Origin: Phoronis australis
Taxonomy: Eukaryota > Animalia > Phoronida
Direction of reading: 5' to 3'
Length of the DNA stretch: 43,055 nucleotides
NCBI GenBank assembly: GCA_002633005.1
Contig: NMRA01000074.1
Coordinates: 703,966-747,020 of the forward strand
Shown in pieces: positions 35,857 through 43,055 of the stretch. Numbering within the stretch: the first letter of the stretch is position 1; each line of letters begins with the position of its first letter. A model generated the notes under the pieces. It made no database searches. It saw only the letters and a list, made by a program, of their open reading frames with translations, and was not told the origin of the DNA. The translations under genes were made by a program, and so were the position numbers.

Positions 35857-38800
35857 TACAGTGTTACAGAAGACACACTGGACACAGTATTCACTCCCTA
35901 GAACACCACAATTTTCGACCCTTCAGATAGCCACAATTCTCGAGCTACACCCCTCCCCATGTTGCCATAATTTTTTCTTCGACCCCATTTCTCTCTTTGA
36001 GGTGGGACCCCGCACAACTTGAGGGCCCTAAGCCATTCAGATCACTTTGTGTATATTCGGAGCATTAAGTTTCTCCTTTAATGTGAATTTAAGCTGCGTG
36101 ACTTTCAAACTTAGTGGAGAATAATTGGCCATAATGACCAAAAGTTCGACCATGCACTGAAAACAATTACTTCCCAGCCGGGCATCCAGAACACCTCAGG
36201 TGTTTTCGTAACCTCAAATTTCACCTAATAGGTGAATGCTTCCTGCATGTGTGCAGACTTCAGTTAGCTTATTATTCTCAAGACTGAAAATCACGTGACT
36301 TGCCATATTTTGGATAACGTTCATCTTCGAGATAATATTTCAGTCTACGAAAATACCCGAAGTGTTTCGAAGAAAAATGTGTAGATACTAGGAAAATAGC
36401 CGACGTGCTCTAGATGTTCCGAGGGTAAAATTGTAGCTATGAAAATACCCGAGAGGTGCCCCAAATGGGCCCTAAGCTTTAGTTGTATGCATAATCTGGT
36501 ACTAGAAGAATCTCCACCCATTTAGACAGTGGCTAAAAAACATTAGGTTTGTAGCCCGAGGTTTGAAGTTCAATAATTAACCTAATGTTCCAAACGCACA
36601 ATCTTTTCATAAGGATTAATGCTAACAACTGAATCTGTTCGCAGCAATTCTTGAACAGGTGTTTTTTTTTCACCCGTGAAGCTTGAAGATGTCGGCTCAG
36701 AGATTCCTGTTGTCAAAAATGAGTCTGGTGTCCAAAGTTTTAAAAATACAGGTATCGAATTAAAACCCCTTCTGAATGCGTCTTATGTGAAAAAGAATAA
36801 AGTTTGATCTGAACAACTTACCACTATATACAGGAATTGGATGACTAAAAGAAGTAAAAATTCCAGGTGATCTATCGTTCCATAAATAGGCTTTTGTGAT
36901 AGAAATATTTTTGTGTTGTAAAATTTAACTGAAATAAATGTTTTTGAATGAATCAAGTCAAAATAATGACAAAAAAAGAAGAAGCTGGAAATCATATAAG
37001 AGGAACTAAAAACAAAAAATAGGAAATCCTCTTAAAAGAAGAAAATTCCAAGCCCTGTATATATCCCTGTCTCAACTTGTTCCTTAGTGGATTTAAAGAT
37101 CTCAAACTTTGTTAGTGCTCAAAGCCATGGCTATTGCTCCAGGTCTTAAGCAATAACAAACTATCAGTTCAACGGAAGCCAATATGCCACGTGTAATCTC
37201 AGTAAGGAACAGTACGAGATCAAGAGTCTAACCACGAGCACACACGTGAAGATTGACACCGTATACTACTATCCAAATCCAACTGCTGGACATGCGAGCA
37301 ATTGTGATTAGATTTTTGATACTATTTTGGCCAAAAACAACATTGTTAGTACGAGACCAATCTTATATCGTTACACGATGGTTCTGAAAGGAGATTGGGT
37401 TAATAGCAGCTTGAAAAATGGTACACTTTGTGGATAAGGAACTTAAAAAGGGTTCATTTTTTCAATACAATTTAATACAGTACGCAACCAATCTCGTGAG
37501 TCTGAGCAGGAGACTAGGAGACTGATACGAAACCAAGTAAGAAATAGATAACAAAAATTGAATCTGTCGGTTAAAGCAGGTGGTTAGCATGAGATCGAAA
37601 ATTTGAAACGTCAATTTATTAATTGAATGAAGGAATTAGGGTGAGGATTTATCTCTTTTCACGACTTGCTGTGACGACCATAGCATTCGTTCTCAACGCC
37701 AACTGTCGTATGCATGTAGACTCCCTTAGGATCAAAACTACGTTTGTCTTGGTTTTCTCCGGCACCATTCTACCACAAGTACACCTCAGTCGTTGACTTA
37801 ATGTTATGGCGATTTTGTGAATGATGAGACTGAGGGTGTACGAAGCTGTTCTATACCTGGCGGGAGATCTGCCTTGATTGAAAGCCCTTTAACCTTTGAC
37901 CTCGGATAAATAGTAAACAGATATCCACGCGGTTGTACGGTAACCAAGTTGGTTCTGTTAAATCTTTTTTTCTCGCTACGCAGTATATATTTTGTATTTG
38001 AATTTCCCCGAGAATGAAGATAAGGTATTTTTCTAGAAACATGTGAAACATTGTAAAAATGGCCATTTTTGTGAATATGGTTGGAGATAATCTTAACTTC
38101 AGCAGTTCCTCATTTAGGTTGACAATTTATTCCCGGATGTTAAACTTGACGGATTTAGTTTTTTCCTCTAATTTGTTCAACCGCTCATCAAGCTGATATG
38201 CATCCATAGCAGTGCAGTAGGTAGTTCAAACAACACTGAGTGAGAATTTCCTATTTACCAAAGAATAGCCAACCTATGACGCCTCAGATAAACATGGAGG
38301 TGATGTGGGCTACATTCTTCATCGCCACAGCAGGGGTTGTTGCTAGCTAGGTCATATGCAGTTTCAGGTGTTATCACATAGCAGCGAAAAGTCCTCACTG
38401 TTCAGAGATTTCACACCCACTCTGACTTCCAAAACACTATCTTCAACAACATTTCAGTTCAAAAAACAAACCCAATACCAAATGGATCCTGTTCACAAAT
38501 TCTCAAGACTTAACTTATCTTAGTAAGGCACTTTTGACTGAAAAACTGAGAGCTCTCAACAACACAACTTTCACCAGCTACAGCGCCCCCTACATCCAGT
38601 TAATTTGCATGACACTGTCGAGACGAACAGTCAAGTTTCTGATTCGCAACCGGGCAGAGAGATGTGATTGCGTCATAGACAATTACGATGGAATGGGAGT
38701 TGTTACTCAACCAATGCGTGGAAGCTGATAATTACTGGGAGGAATGCAGTTTCGCCCCGAATGGCGTACGAAATAAGAAGGCAGGGTAGATCAGACAGCT

Positions 38801-39399
38801 CCGAGTGTCACCACGAAAGGCGGTGTCACCTGGACATAAGTGGCAGGAAATGAATTACTAATTCAGTTGAGCCGTTCAGCTCAATAACCTCGCTATCGTA
38901 CGACGATGAAACGACGATTACGCCAACTACATGTACATAGCGAGCGATAAAGACAATAATGACTTGCGACAGCAGATTGCACGCGCTTAGACGATGCTGA
39001 CGACTAGAGGAGAACCAAAACAGACTCTTTGGTTTAGTAGTTGCAGTGGTCATACATGTACAGATACGTTGAAAAATTCACCCAATCAGACTATGATTCC
39101 AACAGCGGCTGGTTTTCTCACGGGTTGAAACTTACTCACGTAAAATTGAGACCCCGTGAATAATTGACTTGTTATTGCCTCTGGTTCCAGAAGGGTTGCG
39201 TTGATCTGGACTATGAATGGACAACTCCTCATGCCTAGTCATTAACAATTGCCCGATGTTTGAATATTCAAAGTAATTAGGCTAAGCATTGATGTTTGTT
39301 GCAAATAATCAATGTAATCAAATGGGTTACTCTAAATGGGACAGTTCTCTGAAAGCGTATACATTTAGCTGAAATGAGCAAGAACATTTTCCATTGCAG

Positions 39400-40986
39400 G
39401 ACACTTGTCGATCACTTAGATGTGGACCCCTTATGCACTTGGACAAACGCTCGTGTAGAGACACATTCAAGGCACTTGGAGCTCTGGTGATACACATTGA
39501 CGTCTCAGTTACAACAACTAACGTTCAGAAGGAGTTCAAGGAGGTGTTTTCGAACCCACACTGTTCCGTCCCGAAGACTGCAGATGTTACTTTTACGTCA
39601 CGAGGACATCGCGTTGTCATAGATGTTGAAGAAAACGAGAAGATTCACGACTCAACATATTGGGTGGAGTATGTTGCCAGTGCAGTATTAAAGGAAAACG
39701 TTTCCAATTTCAGATACGAGGCGACGTTTAATTGCACCCAAGATGCATCATTTGTCACAAACAAAAGTCAAGGGAGACAACTATTCATTCAAAGCGCTGT
39801 TAAGATTTTTGACCTTCTCCCTCCAGGCCAAACTATCCGAAAAATGAAGAGAGTTTACAGTATGCTCCAACGATTCTTTACCGGGAGATTGTCTAAAATC
39901 GTGGCGTCTTCTGCATATATAAGTACAGGCCACGAGCGTATTTCTTTGAGGCGTTTTTTAAAACAACAATGCGCCCTCACTAATGTCACATCAACAATGA
40001 TAAGTCTATTCCTCAATAGGTCTGTGGACAGTTCGTGTAATCAAGACGATGTGTCCCGCTTACAAGGTCTGGTCAACGAAGAAGAGGTTTGTGTTGAAGA
40101 GTATCTCGAAGTAGTTGAAAAGGTTTCTGCATCTTGTTCATCAGAATCTAATGTGTCGAAGACATTGACGTTCGCTTTAACCATTTGTTCTGCAGTGTGT
40201 CTCTTGGTAACTAACTCAGTTTACTTGTCATTCAAGAATTTAAGAATTTCAATGTCCGGACCTCAGATTATTCGAATAAGTTCCTCCTTATTTATTGCCC
40301 ATCTTCTCTTTCAATTTGGCATTTACTGGCGAAATGTGCCAATGCTCTGTCAAGCTTCCGCTATTATGACCCATTACGCCTACCTACTTTATTTCGCGTC
40401 AGCCACATACTTCACCGTTTCCACTGGCAAGCGATTTTCGAGCAACGTTTCCCTTCTCAAGGGCTTGAAATCACATGGAAGATTGTCGTCAGCGTGTTCT
40501 CACCTCGTGGTGTTTCTAGTTCCATCTTTTGTAGTCGGGCTATCGGCTTCTTTACATTTTCTCGGCGACCACTCGCCTTTCACAATCGGTTACGGTAACG
40601 ACATCTGCTGGATTTCTAATACTGAGGCTGTTCTTTTTTTCTTTGCACTTCCTGTAGGGTTAGCAGTTGTTATTAACACAGTAACCATAATATTGTTGAG
40701 TTGGCGTCTGCGAATGATGAAAAATTCTTTAACCAACGTCATCAGACAGCGTTGGAGCATCGTTTTCATTTTATTCCGCCTGTGTTCTGTCACAGGTCTA
40801 ACCTGGGTGACTGGATTTTTGGCTGAGCTTGTGAATCAAAATTGGGCTACATTCGTATTCATTGTGCTCAACGCATCACAAGGTATTATTCTCGCTTTGG
40901 CGTTCCTCTTGAGGCCCGTCGTCGCGAGTGAGTTCAGGCGCCTCATTGCCAAATCCCGGTACTCGGATACCACAGCCACTCGGTGA
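39400..40986 (+). CDS. Class B (Methuselah/adhesion-like) GPCR, exon 2: stalk + 7TM domain
   Basis: Acceptor ttttccattgcag|GAC in phase 0 gives ...FRDPLL|DTCR.... Seven hydrophobic segments with family-B motifs (CLLVT..VY..FKNLR, LCQ..AI.THY..L, YG...CWI, GLTW..GF, F..LNASQG). Spliced protein ~873 aa; intron 28369-39399. Confidence 0.9.
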   Translation, partial: DTCRSLRCGPLMHLDKRSCRDTFKALGALVIHIDVSVTTTNVQKEFKEVFSNPHCSVPKTADVTFTSRGHRVVIDVEENEKIHDSTYWVEYVASAVLKENVSNFRYEATFNCTQDASFVTNKSQGRQLFIQSAVKIFDLLPPGQTIRKMKRVYSMLQRFFTGRLSKIVASSAYISTGHERISLRRFLKQQCALTNVTSTMISLFLNRSVDSSCNQDDVSRLQGLVNEEEVCVEEYLEVVEKVSASCSSESNVSKTLTFALTICSAVCLLVTNSVYLSFKNLRISMSGPQIIRISSSLFIAHLLFQFGIYWRNVPMLCQASAIMTHYAYLLYFASATYFTVSTGKRFSSNVSLLKGLKSHGRLSSACSHLVVFLVPSFVVGLSASLHFLGDHSPFTIGYGNDICWISNTEAVLFFFALPVGLAVVINTVTIILLSWRLRMMKNSLTNVIRQRWSIVFILFRLCSVTGLTWVTGFLAELVNQNWATFVFIVLNASQGIILALAFLLRPVVASEFRRLIAKSRYSDTTATR

Positions 40987-41157
40987 AGACACTTAGAATT
41001 TTGCGAATTTATTCTACGTAAGATGTGTCAAGATCGAAACGAAGGCCACCACCACGTATAATAATGACGATTTAAGTGTGGCTAGATTAAAAGGGGGCAT
41101 TAGCAGTCAATTATATTTTCTCGTTCAGTTCGTGAACTATCTGTGTACCTCTGTCGC

Positions 41158-41163
41158 AATAAA
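41158..41163 (+). terminator. Probable polyadenylation signal of the GPCR gene
   Basis: AATAAA ~170 nt after the stop, followed by GT/T-rich sequence. Confidence 0.5.
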
Positions 41164-42982
41164 TTTCGTTGTTTTTTTAAATACTTCTTTCATTCATGGC
41201 ATAATATGTACAGATGTCAAGTATATTTTGGTTTACCCTTGCAAATGTATTTTTAAAACTTCTGGACGTGATGTATAAACTATGACTGATCGGATTTACA
41301 TGGAATTTCCACATGCTACATGTATGCCTCATGGACCATTCTCCAAAACGCTTTTCGTTTTCTTTATAATTACCTTTTTTGCAAGACGAGCTATCAAATT
41401 TTCGAGATTTCATCTTGAGCATTTATATCAAATTAAATTTGGTAATACTGTCGATGGCATTAGGGTAAGTGTTAGTGAAAAAAAACCTGGTCACGTGACT
41501 TAATTATGGACAGTTGGCAAAAAATGGAAATCTGATTTTACAGGCTGTCTAAGCTNAGGCCACATCACAAAAATGCCCAAATTCGCGGGCCACGTTTAAA
41601 ACTAAATATATAAGAGACAAGTTTTTTTAAAATCAATTATCAACGTTCAATCTTAGAAGTGTCTACAAAGAGAATTTCAACTTCAAATATATTCCGATAT
41701 AGCCGGCAGGTTAAGCAACATCTTGCCACTTGTGACTGGCCTGAAAAGTGGTCTTGGAGTTTTCTCCCCTGCTGGAAATTTAATTGTACCTATGAGTTGC
41801 AAATTTCATTTTATTACTAACCTTACATGAGTCTTTATGACCATCAATGTCAAACTTTGTCACCAGTTTTCCAAGTCTGATTTTTTGCCGTTCAAAAAAT
41901 GCAGTTTTACTGACATGAAAAAAATGCAAAATATGACTTTATAGCCAAATAGGTCATATCTCGGTAACCAAAGGTCATTGAGTGCAAATATTGCAGCAGT
42001 GTACTTTGGGCCAGCATCCCAACACATGCACAAAGTATTAGTTCTGTATGAATTTTTGAGTATATAGTGATTTTTCATTTTCATATGGTTTTTATATGGA
42101 ATCATTCTTAANCATCTGAACGGTACACGTGTCACATGTTGCAGCCTATATTCTACCTTTTTCCAACCCAAAAACGTGGGTTTTCTACAAGGTACATGTA
42201 CCTCAAAATTCTTGGAAGTTAATAGCGTAAGACGTTACGCTCCTGTGGCAGAGTCATTGAACCTTGCAACTTGAATGTCCCCACACAGGAATTCTATGAA
42301 ATTTTTGCACCACTTAAAATTCTGATTTAAATGAGACCGTGGGACCACTTGCACCTCTGACATGCCTTTTTAGACTCCAAGATTCTCGCTTGTGATGAGA
42401 ATCTAAATTTCACCATAATTGAGTAGTGCAGTAGGAAAGTGAAATTTGATGAATTATTATTTTCAATGTCAACCAATCAGAATATGGGGCTATTTTGACA
42501 ATTTGGAACCTTCATAAGAGGCCTGTCTCACAATCAGTGTCGATAGCGAAGTGGTTAGGATCTGGTTAGGAATGATGGTGCTAACTTTAGTAAAAATACG
42601 GCCAAACGTTCCACTGGTTGTAAACCAAAGCATTGATAGGATTCAGCCTGCCTGCGAACTTTGACGGTAAACAACACTACTCAGCATTCACAGATATCGT
42701 TACTATCATGAAATCATATCAGAACTGTCTTCAAAGGAAAAATCCACCAATCAGTAGCATTTGCCTTCTCTTGTGACGAGTTCGGCGAAGTAGTAGTTCT
42801 GTCGGTGAATTTACATTGCGGAATGGAATATCAATTGGGGATATGTTCAGGAGTTATGAATGGCATTTCAGCAAGTGTCAAGCAAGCGGACGTATGTGGG
42901 ATTGGTATCAATGTCTGTGTGCTCACATTGATATTGCTACGGAAAACGTGCAAGAAAGTTGGGGATGTGTAGTAGCAGGATG

Positions 42983-43055
42983 AACTTAAGTTTTCATCGA
43001 AAAACTTAAGTTTTTGGTTTGAAAAACTTAAGTTTTCATTCCCGAAAACTTAAGT
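42983..43055. repeat. Array of palindromic AAAACTTAAGTTTT units (at least 4, runs off the window)
   Basis: AACTTAAGTTTT catcg AAAAACTTAAGTTTTT ggtttg AAAAACTTAAGTTTT cattcccg AAAACTTAAGT... Confidence 0.85.

Noticed and set aside
37640-37850. SINE body (GGTTTTCTCCGG core-like motif)
   Set aside because: Only a ~12-nt resemblance, with no A/B boxes or tail.
41556-42112. Isolated N bases at 41556 and 42112
   Set aside because: Assembly ambiguities, not biology; ORF 41860-42171 spanning one of them has no recognisable motif.
42983-43055. CRISPR-like palindromic repeats with spacers
   Set aside because: Repeats (~14 bp) and spacers (5-8 bp) are far too short, and there is no cas context.

Overview
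AT-rich, intron- and repeat-rich eukaryotic DNA, most likely from a marine invertebrate metazoan (not prokaryotic; no operons, rRNA or CRISPR). Three host genes are supported. (1) JAZF1 on the minus strand: first two coding exons at 7834-7939 and 5452-5524, with the rest apparently left of the window. (2) A complete nuclear-encoded mitochondrial ATP synthase subunit c gene (ATP5MC/ATP5G) on the plus strand: 5 coding exons from 8678 to 14522, 158 aa. It sits head-to-head with JAZF1 across a short promoter carrying an NRF-1 palindrome and a TCT/TOP-like start. (3) A two-exon class-B (Methuselah/adhesion-like) 7TM receptor with a Cys-rich SMB-like ectodomain (27334-28368 + 39400-40986, ~873 aa). 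Its 11-kb intron holds a sense-oriented, frameshifted PGBD3-like piggyBac, L1/Tx1 and CR1/L2 LINE fragments and MITEs. The rest is transposon relics (pogo-like PHD tail, hAT, THAP), modular HINE-like repeats and short tandem repeats. Most notable: the JAZF1/ATP5MC divergent pair matches the arrangement inferred from vertebrate Hox paralogons; TACATGTA octamers are strongly enriched and two sit as apparent 6-bp in-frame insertions in dead transposase ORFs (Tc1/mariner-type footprints); and the piggyBac has a CSB-PGBD3-like exon-trap geometry inside the GPCR gene. All homology calls come from recalled family motifs, not from database searches.
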